DNA of 64,000 bases. Origin: a virus. Made by a program: the position numbers and the translations under genes. Shown here in pieces: positions 20,407-30,573 of this stretch. Numbering within the stretch: the stretch's first letter is position 1; every line of letters begins with the position of its first letter. The stretch lies in the IMG/VR virus record IMGVR_UViG_3300025137_000016; one strand, given 5' to 3'. The notes below the pieces were generated by a model, which saw only the letters and a list, made by a program, of their open reading frames with translations, searched no databases and was not told the DNA's origin.

Positions 20407-21156
20407 ATGCTAGGCAAGAATCCATTCTATCACCAGACAGTAAGAAACTGTATCATAGGTTTTGGAAAAATGTTTTCAGATGTAGAGTTTGAAAGATTAG
20501 ACAATAACGATAATGCTGTACAAAAAATACTAGTACCAATCGCTTATGGTCCAAAAGAAAAATGGGTGCAAAGATTAGAGCAAGATCCTACTTTAGAAAA
20601 TCAAGTATACACTACTCTTCCTCGTATGTCATTTGAAATGGCTGCACTATCATACGATCCTCTTAGAAAAACTAATAGGATGGGAACAGTTAAAGTAAAT
20701 AGAACATCACTTAGTGGTGGGTCTGGTAAAAGGGATAAACTATTTGCTCCTGTACCATTTAACTTAGATATGCAATTAAATTGTTTAACTAAAACTACTG
20801 AAGATGGTTTACAAATTATAGAGCAAATACTTCCATTTTTTACACCAGAATTTACAATGAGAATTAAAAACACCAATACTACTATGGATACAGAAACTGA
20901 TGTTCCAATAATACTAAATAGTACCAGCTTCATAGATGATTTTGACGGAACTTTTGAGATTCGTAGATTCGTCACTTGGACGCTAAACTTCACATTGAAG
21001 GTATTATTATTTGGTGGAGTAGATCAAACTGGTTCTGTAATAACCAGTACATTTATAGATTTAGGAAATCCTGACGAACAACACAAAGCAACAGGTGACC
21101 TAAATAATTTAACAATAACTGATCTTGGCTGGAACGAAACCCAGAAAACAGATTAA
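20407..21156 (+). CDS. 15: Tail sheath stabiliser/completion protein gp15
   Basis: FYHQTVR, VPIAYGPKEKW, LPRMSFE and QIIEQILPFF motifs. Confidence 0.93.
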   Translation: MLGKNPFYHQTVRNCIIGFGKMFSDVEFERLDNNDNAVQKILVPIAYGPKEKWVQRLEQDPTLENQVYTTLPRMSFEMAALSYDPLRKTNRMGTVKVNRTSLSGGSGKRDKLFAPVPFNLDMQLNCLTKTTEDGLQIIEQILPFFTPEFTMRIKNTNTTMDTETDVPIILNSTSFIDDFDGTFEIRRFVTWTLNFTLKVLLFGGVDQTGSVITSTFIDLGNPDEQHKATGDLNNLTITDLGWNETQKTD

Positions 21157-21172
21157 CAGGAGATTATAATTA

Positions 21173-22066
21173 ATGGCTAAACAAACTTTAAACATTGGCT
21201 CGGTTGCCAACGATGGTACAGGCGATACCTTAAGAGATGGTGGAGATAAAATCCAGGATAACTTTAATGAGTTATACACAGCTCTTGGTGGAAACACTGT
21301 AAAAGTAGCTGTTGGTTCTCCAACTAATGGTCAAATATTAAAATATAATTCAAGTACAAGTGTATTCGAACCATCTTCTGATGATAACACTAATACTACT
21401 TATACTGTATCCGCAGAAACTTCTGGTTCCGATGCTGCAATTAGATTAACTGGTTCCGATGCTTCTACTGATAATGTAAATATTGTATCTGGTACTGGTA
21501 TTAATGTTGACAGAACTGATGCTAATAATATTACAGTAAACAATACAGTCACAAATACAACCTATTCAACCTCTATCGAATCTGTCTCAGCTGGATCTAA
21601 AGAATTAAGACTAGCTGGTTCAAACTCAGTAAACGATGATATTACTATTACTCAGGGATCTGGAATTGAACTTACAACTTCTTCTACTTCTCAATTAGGT
21701 ATTAACGCAGTATCATTACAACAATTTGAATTTACTGCAGGTGATGGAACAAACTATACTGTATCAGGCTCAGGACTTGTTGATGCTGGTACTAGTGATC
21801 CTCAACTTTATGTTATGAGAGGTCATACCTATCGTTTCAGACATACTATTGCTGGAAACGCACACCCACTTGAAATTGTAGAATTTGGAACTAGTACTGC
21901 ACCTGCTGCAGATTATATTAGTTCAACGAATGCTACAAGAAATCTTGCTACGACAAATGATGTAATAACATTCACTGTTCCGATGAGTGCTTCTACTGGT
22001 AATACTTACCAATATAGATGTACAGCACATCCTGCAGCGATGTTGGGTACTATTACTGTCGTATAA
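21173..22066 (+). CDS. gp9/gp10-type N-terminal domain protein with C-terminal cupredoxin-like domain
   Basis: MAKQTLNIGSVANDGTGDTLRDGGDKI matches the T4 gp9/10 N-terminus; HP...CTAHPAAM at the C-terminus. Confidence 0.8.
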   Translation: MAKQTLNIGSVANDGTGDTLRDGGDKIQDNFNELYTALGGNTVKVAVGSPTNGQILKYNSSTSVFEPSSDDNTNTTYTVSAETSGSDAAIRLTGSDASTDNVNIVSGTGINVDRTDANNITVNNTVTNTTYSTSIESVSAGSKELRLAGSNSVNDDITITQGSGIELTTSSTSQLGINAVSLQQFEFTAGDGTNYTVSGSGLVDAGTSDPQLYVMRGHTYRFRHTIAGNAHPLEIVEFGTSTAPAADYISSTNATRNLATTNDVITFTVPMSASTGNTYQYRCTAHPAAMLGTITVV

Positions 22067-22090
22067 TATCTACTCCTAAAAGGAGGATAC

Positions 22091-23680
22091 ATGGCATCGA
22101 CTTATTATAATGCAAATCAAAATTTAAAAGCTGTTGGAGTTCCTGTAGAATTTACAGAGGAACAAATCCAAGAGTATATTAAATGTAAACGCAACCCAAT
22201 ATATTTCATAGAAAATTACTGTAAGATAGTTTCTTTAGATGATGGTGTAGTACCTTTTAAACTATACCAATGCCAAAGAAAAAAGGTACGACACATAATG
22301 AAGAATCGTCAAACGATTCTTATGGAAGGTAGACAGCAAGGTAAAACTGTCACAAGTGCTGCTTGTATTTTACACTTTACATTATTTAATGATAATAAGA
22401 CTGCTGCAATCATGGCAAACAAAGCTACTGCTGCAAGAGAAGTTTTATCTAGATATCAATTAATGTATGAGTATTTACCAAACTGGATGCAACAAGGTGT
22501 TGCTGTTTGGAATAAAGGTGATATAGAATTAGAAAATGGTTCAAAGATTTTTACTGCTGCAACTTCAAGTTCAGCGATTCGTGGTAAATCTGTTAACTGG
22601 CTATACATTGATGAAGCTGCAATTATTCCTAATACTGTAGCAGAAGAATTTTTTACATCAGTATATCCTACAATTTCTGCTGGTAAAGAAACAAAAGTAT
22701 TACTGTCCTCGACACCTCTTGGATATAATCACTTCTGGAGATACTGGGAAGCTGCAAAAGAAGGGCGAAATGATTTTAAGCACCTCTTTATTCATTACAG
22801 TGAGATCCCAGGAAGAACTAAAACTTGGGCAGAGAAACAAAGAGCTTTACTTGGTGAATTAAAATTTAATCAAGAAGTGCTGTGTGAATTTTTAGGATCA
22901 AGTGCAACATTAATAAGTGCTACTGCGATTGGGGATATGAAACCCAAACCATTTATATTACAAAGAGATGGTTTAGATATTCAGGAAAGTCCGATTCCTG
23001 GACATTCATATACTCTTATAGCAGATACTTCTAAAGGTGTGGGTGGTGATTATAGTGCATTCGTTGTAATTGATACCACTAAAACTCCTTATAAAATTGT
23101 TGCTAAATATAGAAACAATGTAATTAGTCCCTTACTATACCCAAACATAATTGATAAAGTTGGTAAGGAATATTACAACGCACAAGTTTTAATAGAAACT
23201 AATGCAAGTGAACAAGTACCATATATATTGCATAGTGAATTAGAATATGAAAATATGATTATGGTGTCTCGTACACAACAAGGTCAAAAAATTACTGGTG
23301 GCTTTGGAGCTGGCAAAAGCCAGTATGGAGTACAGACTGATAAGAAGATAAAAAGGATTGGGTGCCAAAACTTTAAAACTCTTATAGAAGAAGGCAAGCT
23401 ACAAGTATATGATGGAGACATAATTGGGGAAATTAGTACCTTTATTGAATCCAGAGGATCTTATGCTGCTGACGATGGTTATCATGACGACTTGGTTATG
23501 TGCCTAGTCTTATTTGGTTGGCTTACATCAGACCGATATTTTACTGAAATAAACGATGTAAATTTAAGGGAAGAGATGTACCAAAACCAGATGAAACAAA
23601 TAGAGGAGGAATTAACTCCCTTTGGTTTCATTAATGATGGGCAAAAATACGATGATGAAGACACACCAATAAACTTCTAA
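22091..23680 (+). CDS. 17: Terminase large subunit gp17
   Basis: GRQQGKT Walker A, LYIDEAA Walker B, SSTPLG and HDDLVM nuclease motifs. Confidence 0.97.
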   Translation: MASTYYNANQNLKAVGVPVEFTEEQIQEYIKCKRNPIYFIENYCKIVSLDDGVVPFKLYQCQRKKVRHIMKNRQTILMEGRQQGKTVTSAACILHFTLFNDNKTAAIMANKATAAREVLSRYQLMYEYLPNWMQQGVAVWNKGDIELENGSKIFTAATSSSAIRGKSVNWLYIDEAAIIPNTVAEEFFTSVYPTISAGKETKVLLSSTPLGYNHFWRYWEAAKEGRNDFKHLFIHYSEIPGRTKTWAEKQRALLGELKFNQEVLCEFLGSSATLISATAIGDMKPKPFILQRDGLDIQESPIPGHSYTLIADTSKGVGGDYSAFVVIDTTKTPYKIVAKYRNNVISPLLYPNIIDKVGKEYYNAQVLIETNASEQVPYILHSELEYENMIMVSRTQQGQKITGGFGAGKSQYGVQTDKKIKRIGCQNFKTLIEEGKLQVYDGDIIGEISTFIESRGSYAADDGYHDDLVMCLVLFGWLTSDRYFTEINDVNLREEMYQNQMKQIEEELTPFGFINDGQKYDDEDTPINF

Positions 23681-23692
23681 ATTGTATATTAA

Positions 23693-23699
23693 CTAAATA
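23693..23699 (+). promoter_or_regulatory. Late promoter upstream of gp18
   Basis: Intergenic CTAAATA. Confidence 0.6.
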
Positions 23700-23771
23700 A
23701 ATACATTGGGAATAAAGCGAAAGCCAAGTTCCTAATTAGAATTAACGAATTCATGTAATAAGGAGAAACAA

Positions 23772-25457
23772 ATGGCTTTTCAACTCAGTCCTGGAGTAGT
23801 TGTCAAAGAACAAGATTTCACTTCAATAGTACCTAATGTGGCAACATCATCGGGAGCTTTTGCAGGTGACTTTCAGTGGGGTCCAATATTAGACCCTGTA
23901 CAAATTGTTTCTGAGAATAACTTAGTAGAAAGATTCGGGAAACCGAACGACGCAACTTTTGCAAGTTTTTTCACTGCAGCTAACTTCCTATCATATTCCA
24001 ATAATCTTCTTGTGGTTCGTGCCGATACAACTGCTGCTAAAAATGCAGTCGTGACTGGTACAGCTGTCAAGATTACCAACTTGGATAACTACACATCAAC
24101 TTATGTTGGTGGATCAAACTCAGTCGGATCTTTCGCTGCCAAATGGGCAGGATCTCTCGGAAACTCACTAAAAGTAGAAGTTGCTGATTCAGCAACATAC
24201 GCATCATGGGGAAATAAAGGTTTATTCGATAGAATACCTGGAACTTCTGCATCAGTTGCTGCTAATGGTAGTTCCGATGACGAAATCCACGTGTTAGTAA
24301 TAGACGAAGATGGTTTATTTACTGGTACAGCTGGTACAGTGCTAGAAAAATTCGCACATGTATCTGTGGCGTCTGACGCAAAAAAATTCGATGGATCTAA
24401 TAATTTCTATAAAGATGTTATTAATTCACAATCTAGATATATCTGGTGGATGGATCATCCTACAACAACTGGTACTACATTAGAATGGGGAACTCCTTCT
24501 ACTGGTGCTGGTGCCTTTAAAGATCTCAGTGCTGCATTAGCACATTCTTTAACAGGTGGTGTAGATACTGCTCCAACTGCAGGCAACTTACAAACTGCTA
24601 TGGCAACCTTTGCTAATGATGAGCTGTATGATGTTTCACTCATAATGATGGGTAAAGCTGATGCTGCTACTGCTACTGCTGCAATTAATAATGTTGCTGA
24701 AGTAAGAAAAGATTGTATGGTATTCTGTTCAGCTGAAGATGCTAGTGGAAACACAATCTTGGCTGCTGATGCAGACCCTGTTGCAGATATCACAACATAC
24801 AGAAACTCACTACCAAGTTCATCTTATGGTGTACTTGATTGTGGTGCAAAATACTGTTATGACAGATATAACGATAAATATAGATATGTACCATTAAATG
24901 GTGACATAGCTGGTCTTGCTGCAAGAACTGACTATGACCAAGATGCTTGGTTCTCACCAGCAGGTGCTTCTAGAGGTCAAATCAAGAATGTTGTTAAATT
25001 AGCATTCTCTCCAAATAAAACTCAAAGGGATGTATTATACCAAGCTGGTGTAAATCCTGTTGTGACTTTCCCAGGACAAGGTACACAACTGTTTGGTGAT
25101 AAGACTCTATTAAGTAGCGAATCTGCTTTCAATAGAATTAATGTTAGAAGATTATTTATCGTACTAGAAAAAGCAATTGCGATTGCTGCAAAAGCTCAAC
25201 TATTTGAATTCAACGATGAGTTCACTAGAAATGACTTTAAAAATGCAGTCAATCCTTTCTTAAGAGATGTACAAGGAAGACGTGGTATCACAGAATTTAG
25301 TGTTGTGTGTGACCCAACTAACAATACAGGTGATGTAATTGATAGAAACGAATTCCGTGCAGATATCTTCATTAAACCAAACAGAGCGATCAACTTCATT
25401 ACTCTAACATTTGTAGCAAGTAAATCAAGTGTAGACTTCAGTGAAATTGGTGGCTAA
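23772..25457 (+). CDS. 18: Tail sheath protein gp18
   Basis: LSPGVVVKE, WFSPAG, RINVRRLF and FIKPNRAINFI motifs. Confidence 0.97.
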   Translation: MAFQLSPGVVVKEQDFTSIVPNVATSSGAFAGDFQWGPILDPVQIVSENNLVERFGKPNDATFASFFTAANFLSYSNNLLVVRADTTAAKNAVVTGTAVKITNLDNYTSTYVGGSNSVGSFAAKWAGSLGNSLKVEVADSATYASWGNKGLFDRIPGTSASVAANGSSDDEIHVLVIDEDGLFTGTAGTVLEKFAHVSVASDAKKFDGSNNFYKDVINSQSRYIWWMDHPTTTGTTLEWGTPSTGAGAFKDLSAALAHSLTGGVDTAPTAGNLQTAMATFANDELYDVSLIMMGKADAATATAAINNVAEVRKDCMVFCSAEDASGNTILAADADPVADITTYRNSLPSSSYGVLDCGAKYCYDRYNDKYRYVPLNGDIAGLAARTDYDQDAWFSPAGASRGQIKNVVKLAFSPNKTQRDVLYQAGVNPVVTFPGQGTQLFGDKTLLSSESAFNRINVRRLFIVLEKAIAIAAKAQLFEFNDEFTRNDFKNAVNPFLRDVQGRRGITEFSVVCDPTNNTGDVIDRNEFRADIFIKPNRAINFITLTFVASKSSVDFSEIGG

Positions 25458-25482
25458 ATATAACTAACAAGGAGAATAACTA

Positions 25483-26076
25483 ATGGCTAATATTGCTGAT
25501 TTTAAAGCTAACATGACTGGTGGCGGAGCTCGTCCCAATCAGTTTCGTGTTGATTTGGCTTTCCCTTCTTATGTCACTGGTGGAAGAGTTGCTGCTGTAC
25601 AAGGACAGTTTCTTTGCAAAGCTGCACAATTGCCAGCTAGTACATTAGAAAATTTGCCAATCCAATATAGAGGTCGTGCTGTAAACTTTGCTGCGGAGAG
25701 AACATTTGCTCCATGGACAGTGACAGTTTATAACGATACTGACTTCGGTATTAGAAACGCAATCGAAAGATGGCAGAATGGTATTCAAGAGTATGCTACG
25801 ACAGAAGGTCGTACTAATCCGAATGATTACCAAGCTGACTTGCTTGTAACACAACTAGACCGAAATGGTGCTGGAGTAAAACAATATAAATTTGTTGATG
25901 CTTTCCCACTATCTATTGGTATAGTTCAGTTGGACTACGATACAACAAATGCTATAGAAACATTTGATGTTGAATTCCAGTACAACTTCTTTACAAGTAA
26001 TACCAGCACAAGTGGTGGATTAGGAGTGAATATTTCAATCGATACTCCGATTGGCTCATTCCCTATCAATATTTAA
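25483..26076 (+). CDS. 19: Tail tube protein gp19
   Basis: GGGARPNQF, RTFAPWTVTVYND and QLDRNG motifs. Confidence 0.95.
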   Translation: MANIADFKANMTGGGARPNQFRVDLAFPSYVTGGRVAAVQGQFLCKAAQLPASTLENLPIQYRGRAVNFAAERTFAPWTVTVYNDTDFGIRNAIERWQNGIQEYATTEGRTNPNDYQADLLVTQLDRNGAGVKQYKFVDAFPLSIGIVQLDYDTTNAIETFDVEFQYNFFTSNTSTSGGLGVNISIDTPIGSFPINI

Positions 26077-26099
26077 TTATTAATAAAGGTGAATAAATT

Positions 26100-27644
26100 A
26101 TGGCTGAATTTTTCGGTTTCGAAATTACACGAAGAAGAAATAGAGAACCACTAACACCTGTCGCCCCATCAAGAGATGATGGGTCTACAGTACTGACCGA
26201 TGTCAGTGCCTACTATGGTGTGACTCTAGATCTAGATAATTCAATTAAAAGTGAGAATGCTTTAATCAAAAGGTATCGTGAAGTTGCTCAATATCCCGAC
26301 TGTGATGGTGCGATAGAAGATATAACTAATGAAGCAGTCACAATTCAAGATGACGCTCCCAGCGTCCAATTAGTTCTTGACGACTTACCAGTATCAGAAA
26401 AGATTAAAGAGAGAATTCATGATGAGTTTTCCACAGTTTATGATATGTTGCAGTTCGATTTTAAGGGACACGATATATTTAAAACTTGGTATGTAGATGG
26501 AAGATTATACTACCATCTAATTGTTGATCCTAAGAATCCTAAAGATGGCATACAAGAATTAAGATATGTAGACCCTCAAAAGATTCGTAAGATTAAAAAT
26601 ATTAAAAAGAAAAAGACATCTAGTGGTGTTGAGGTTGTAGAAAGTTCAGAAGAATACTTTATATATAATGATAAAGGTATCTCTGACTCTAATACAAAAG
26701 GAATCAAGCTAAGTGCTGATTCTGTAGTTTTTTGTCCTTCGGGAAATGTAGATCAAAATACAGGAATGGTTTTGGGACACTTACAAAAAGCTGTTAAGCC
26801 TGTAAACCAGTTAAAGATGATTGAAGACGCAGTAGTTATCTACCGACTAAGTAGAGCTCCTGAGAGAAGAATTTTTTATGTTGATGTAGGAAACCTGCCT
26901 AAGATAAAAGCAGAACAATATGTTAACGACATCATGAATAAGTATCGAAACAAAGTTGTTTACGATGCTACCACAGGTGAAGTCAGAGATGATAGAAAAC
27001 ACCTTAGCATGATGGAAGACTTTTGGATGCCTAGAAGAGAGGGTGGTCGTGGTACTGAAATCACTACACTTCCTGGAGGGCAGAATCTTGGTGATATTGC
27101 TGATATACAATATTTCCAAAGAAAACTTTACCAGTCATTAAATGTGCCTATGTCAAGATTACAAGGCGAGTCTGGATTTACTTTGGGTCGTGCTTCTGAA
27201 ATTACTAGAGACGAGTTGAAGTTTAATAAGTTTATAAAAAGAGTTCAAAGAAAATTCAGCCAGTTTATGGTTGACATTCTTAGAGTTCAATTAATAAGTA
27301 AAGGCATCATGTCGGATGAAGATTTCCATGACATGAAAGTTAATATAAGAGTTGACTTCCTAGAAGACAATCACTTTACTGAATTAAAGAACAACGAATT
27401 GCTACAACAAAGAGTAGGAATGCTAGGACAGGTAGAACCATATCTTGGTAAATTCTATTCTCTACAGTGGGCAAGGAAAAACATCTTAATGCAATCTGAA
27501 GAAGAGATCAAAGAGATCGACAAACAGATGGATGATGAAAAGGCTGCAACTGAAGATGATGCTGAAGGTGGGGAAGTCCCTGACATGGATAGCATGCAAT
27601 CTACAGATGAGCCACAAGACAATGATAATGAAGGAGAAGAATAA
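26100..27644 (+). CDS. 20: Portal vertex protein gp20
   Basis: YRLSRAPERRIFYVDVGNLPK and EDFWMPRREGGRGTEITTLPGGQ motifs. Confidence 0.98.
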   Translation: MAEFFGFEITRRRNREPLTPVAPSRDDGSTVLTDVSAYYGVTLDLDNSIKSENALIKRYREVAQYPDCDGAIEDITNEAVTIQDDAPSVQLVLDDLPVSEKIKERIHDEFSTVYDMLQFDFKGHDIFKTWYVDGRLYYHLIVDPKNPKDGIQELRYVDPQKIRKIKNIKKKKTSSGVEVVESSEEYFIYNDKGISDSNTKGIKLSADSVVFCPSGNVDQNTGMVLGHLQKAVKPVNQLKMIEDAVVIYRLSRAPERRIFYVDVGNLPKIKAEQYVNDIMNKYRNKVVYDATTGEVRDDRKHLSMMEDFWMPRREGGRGTEITTLPGGQNLGDIADIQYFQRKLYQSLNVPMSRLQGESGFTLGRASEITRDELKFNKFIKRVQRKFSQFMVDILRVQLISKGIMSDEDFHDMKVNIRVDFLEDNHFTELKNNELLQQRVGMLGQVEPYLGKFYSLQWARKNILMQSEEEIKEIDKQMDDEKAATEDDAEGGEVPDMDSMQSTDEPQDNDNEGEE

Positions 27645-27883
27645 TGGGAACTAAAGATTTGATCGACGCAATAGAATCAGGTAATGCTGAGGGAATTGAA
27701 AACACTTTTGGAAGTGTTATGTCAACAAAGGTAGGGGAAAAATTGGACACATTGAAAAAAGACTATGCTGCCAATATATTTAAATCCTCTGAAGAACAAG
27801 ATGAGATAGCTGGTGAACCAGAAGTCGAACCAGCTGAACAACCAGAGGTTGAGGAACCAGCTGAAGATGCCAAAGAGATTTAA
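27644..27883 (+). CDS. 67: Prohead core protein gp67-like
   Basis: DLIDAIESG N-terminus, acidic tail, position after gp20. Confidence 0.65.
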   Translation: MGTKDLIDAIESGNAEGIENTFGSVMSTKVGEKLDTLKKDYAANIFKSSEEQDEIAGEPEVEPAEQPEVEEPAEDAKEI

Positions 27884-28286
27884 AGATATAATCGCTCCCT
27901 ATATAAAGGGTGCTAATGATTTGGCTGAAGAAAGAGAGCAACAGCTCGTAGACCAAATAGACGTGGTACTACCAGAAGAAAGAGTAGCTGAGTATATTGC
28001 TAAACATAGTGATGTTGAAATTACTGACACACTAGTAGAAGAATATATGAATAAGGCTGCAACAACAGAATTTACGATAGATCCTATACTTACTGAGATT
28101 AAACTTAGAAGTGTTAGGAATCTAAGAAATAAGATAGACTACACCTTACAAGATGGCTCTAAGGTGGCAATCAGTGAGGAAAACCAAATTATACTAAATA
28201 GTTTATTGAAAGGCAAGAGCGAGATCGTCGCTCACATGTCCGAAAATAAAAATAACTTTTTAGAAGTTTTAAGAGGAGTGTACTAA
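27867..28286 (+). CDS. Putative prohead core protein (hypothetical)
   Basis: ATG at 27867 with GAGGA upstream; lies between gp20 and gp21. Confidence 0.6.
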   Translation: MPKRFKDIIAPYIKGANDLAEEREQQLVDQIDVVLPEERVAEYIAKHSDVEITDTLVEEYMNKAATTEFTIDPILTEIKLRSVRNLRNKIDYTLQDGSKVAISEENQIILNSLLKGKSEIVAHMSENKNNFLEVLRGVY

Positions 28287-28694
28287 ATGGCAATTGTAAA
28301 AACAGTATTGGCTAAAGATAACAGAAAAGCTATCGTCAGGGTCACTGCTACAGCTGCAGGCAATGCAACAATAGACATAGATGCAGATTTAAAACTTACT
28401 AATGAAACTATTACAAGTGGTAAATTAAAGGTTGCTATTCAGAAAATAGAGAGTAGCATTCAGCATGGTCAAGAATGTACTGTTGTACGAAATTCCGTAT
28501 TAAGTGCTGCATTATACCCTGCATCACAAAAGATAGAAACAAGTATTCAAGACGAAGGCAGTTCAGATGTTGTTGTTACATTTAGTGGCAAAGGCATGGT
28601 AATCCTTCATCTAAGCAAAATGGGTGGATTTAACGACCCTGTAGAAGATTCAATCTTCGGTGCCCATGATGATCCAGCTGCAGTAGGAAGTTAA
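28287..28694 (+). CDS. Hypothetical head-module protein
   Basis: SD GAGGAG; CTAAATA at 28194. Confidence 0.7.
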   Translation: MAIVKTVLAKDNRKAIVRVTATAAGNATIDIDADLKLTNETITSGKLKVAIQKIESSIQHGQECTVVRNSVLSAALYPASQKIETSIQDEGSSDVVVTFSGKGMVILHLSKMGGFNDPVEDSIFGAHDDPAAVGS

Positions 28695-28695
28695 T

Positions 28696-29352
28696 ATGAA
28701 ATTAATTAAAGAACATACTGAAACTGTAAACTACCTTATCGAAAACGATAAAGAAACTGGTAAGAAGAATTACAATATCGAGGGAGTATTTCTCCAAGCT
28801 GAAATTAAAAACAGAAATGGAAGAAGCTACCCCAAAGATATCCTTAATAAAGAAGTCAAAAGATATATGGCTGAGAATATTAAGAAGAATCGTGCATATG
28901 GAGAGTTAGGTCATCCTGATTCCCCAACTATCAATTTAGATAGAGTATCGCACATGATTAAAGATTTGAAGCTCGAAGGCAATGATTTTGTTGGAAGAGC
29001 TAAGATAATGGATACACCTTATGGTAAGATTGTTAAATCGTTAATTGACGAAGGAGCAAGTCTGGGTGTGTCTTCTAGAGGGATGGGTTCATTGAAAACT
29101 ACCAAAGACGGAACTTCAGAAGTCCAAAAGGATTTCATGCTTGCCACTGCTGCTGATATAGTTGCAGATCCGTCGGCACCAGATGCATTTGTACGAGGTG
29201 TGATGGAAGGCAAGGAATGGATGTTCGTTGATGGAAAGTTTGTCGAGCAAGATATTGATGCTATTAAGCATGTAATAACTAGGGCAACAAGATCTCAACT
29301 CGAAGAAGCAAAACTTTTCGCATTTGCGAAGTTTTTAAACAAAATTAAATAA
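28696..29352 (+). CDS. 21: Prohead protease gp21
   Basis: KNRNGRSY, GELGHP, GVSSRGMGS and DIVADPSAPDAFV motifs. Confidence 0.97.
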   Translation: MKLIKEHTETVNYLIENDKETGKKNYNIEGVFLQAEIKNRNGRSYPKDILNKEVKRYMAENIKKNRAYGELGHPDSPTINLDRVSHMIKDLKLEGNDFVGRAKIMDTPYGKIVKSLIDEGASLGVSSRGMGSLKTTKDGTSEVQKDFMLATAADIVADPSAPDAFVRGVMEGKEWMFVDGKFVEQDIDAIKHVITRATRSQLEEAKLFAFAKFLNKIK

Positions 29353-29372
29353 CCCAATTCAAGGAGACTATT

Positions 29373-30548
29373 ATGTCAAATATAGAACAGAAAATAGCAG
29401 AACTCCTAAGAGAATCAAACAAAGCTGCAGAGCAAGTTAATTCTCTAGAGGAAAATGCTGAAGGTTGGAAAAAACCTGCTGACGAAGATGTGAAAGCTGA
29501 AGCACCTGCTGAAGTAGAAGCTGAAGTTGTTGCAGAAGAAATGCCAGCTGAAGAAGAAGCTACAATCGAAGAAGGTGAATTACCACCTGCTTTGAAAAAA
29601 GCTATCGAAAAGAAAAAGAAAAAAGACGGCGATGACGACGATGATGATGAAGACGATGACGATGATAAAGATGATAAAAAAGATGATGAGAAAAAAGACG
29701 AAGACGATAAAGACGAGTCTTATATGAAATCATCTAAAGATAAGAAAAAAATGATGAAAAAAGAAGAGTCTGAATCTGATGAAGAAGTTATTGCTGAAGA
29801 AGAGTTCACTGTTGATGTTTCAGAAGATGTTGAAGCATTATTAAATGGTGAAGAACTTTCTGAAGAATTTAAAGAAAAAGCTACTACTATCTTTGAAACA
29901 GTTGTTGTTTCTAGAGTAAAATCTGAAGTGGCTAAATTTAAAAAAGAATTAGAAGAGTCTAATGTGAAAACAATAGACGAAGCTAAAGAGAGCTTAGTTG
30001 AAAAAGTTGATGGATATCTCAGCTATGTAGTTGAGCAGTGGATAAGTGAAAATGAAATCGCTCTCGAATCTGGTATGAAGTCGGAAATCTTAGATGGCTT
30101 CATCAAAGGTATGAAAGATCTATTCACAGAGCATTATGTTGATGTTCCTGAGGAAAGATTTGACTTACTTGGTGACGCACAAGAAAAAGTCGAAGAATTA
30201 GAGAAGAAGCTCGATGAGCAACTAGAATCTAATGTTGACCTATCTAAAAAAGTCAAAGAAATGGAAAGAACGGAAGTTCTTGCCAAAGTTTCTGACACTA
30301 TGACTGACAATGATAAAGATAAGTTTATGGGATTAGCTGAAGACCTCAGCTTTGAAGATAAAGTTTCTTTTGAAAAGAAAGTTAATACTATCAGAGAATC
30401 TTATTTTGCTTCTAAACCAAGCAAAACAAATGTAGAAACTGTTATGACTGATGAGCCAGTTCAATTAGAAGAAGAAAATAAAAAGGTATCTAACGATCCT
30501 AAAATTTCTGCTTATGCTGACTTGCTTACCAGAAGTAATAAAAATTAA
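29373..30548 (+). CDS. 22: Prohead scaffold protein gp22
   Basis: LSEEFKEKATTIFE and VDGYLSYVVEQW motifs; D/K low-complexity tract. Confidence 0.93.
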   Translation: MSNIEQKIAELLRESNKAAEQVNSLEENAEGWKKPADEDVKAEAPAEVEAEVVAEEMPAEEEATIEEGELPPALKKAIEKKKKKDGDDDDDDEDDDDDKDDKKDDEKKDEDDKDESYMKSSKDKKKMMKKEESESDEEVIAEEEFTVDVSEDVEALLNGEELSEEFKEKATTIFETVVVSRVKSEVAKFKKELEESNVKTIDEAKESLVEKVDGYLSYVVEQWISENEIALESGMKSEILDGFIKGMKDLFTEHYVDVPEERFDLLGDAQEKVEELEKKLDEQLESNVDLSKKVKEMERTEVLAKVSDTMTDNDKDKFMGLAEDLSFEDKVSFEKKVNTIRESYFASKPSKTNVETVMTDEPVQLEEENKKVSNDPKISAYADLLTRSNKN

Positions 30549-30573
30549 TCTATCAACTTAAAGGAGAATTAAA

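Noticed and set aside
29625-29720. GAY/AAA-rich tract in gp22 (and the poly-Gly tract at about 1320-1355)
   Set aside because: Ordinary low-complexity coding linkers, not arrays.
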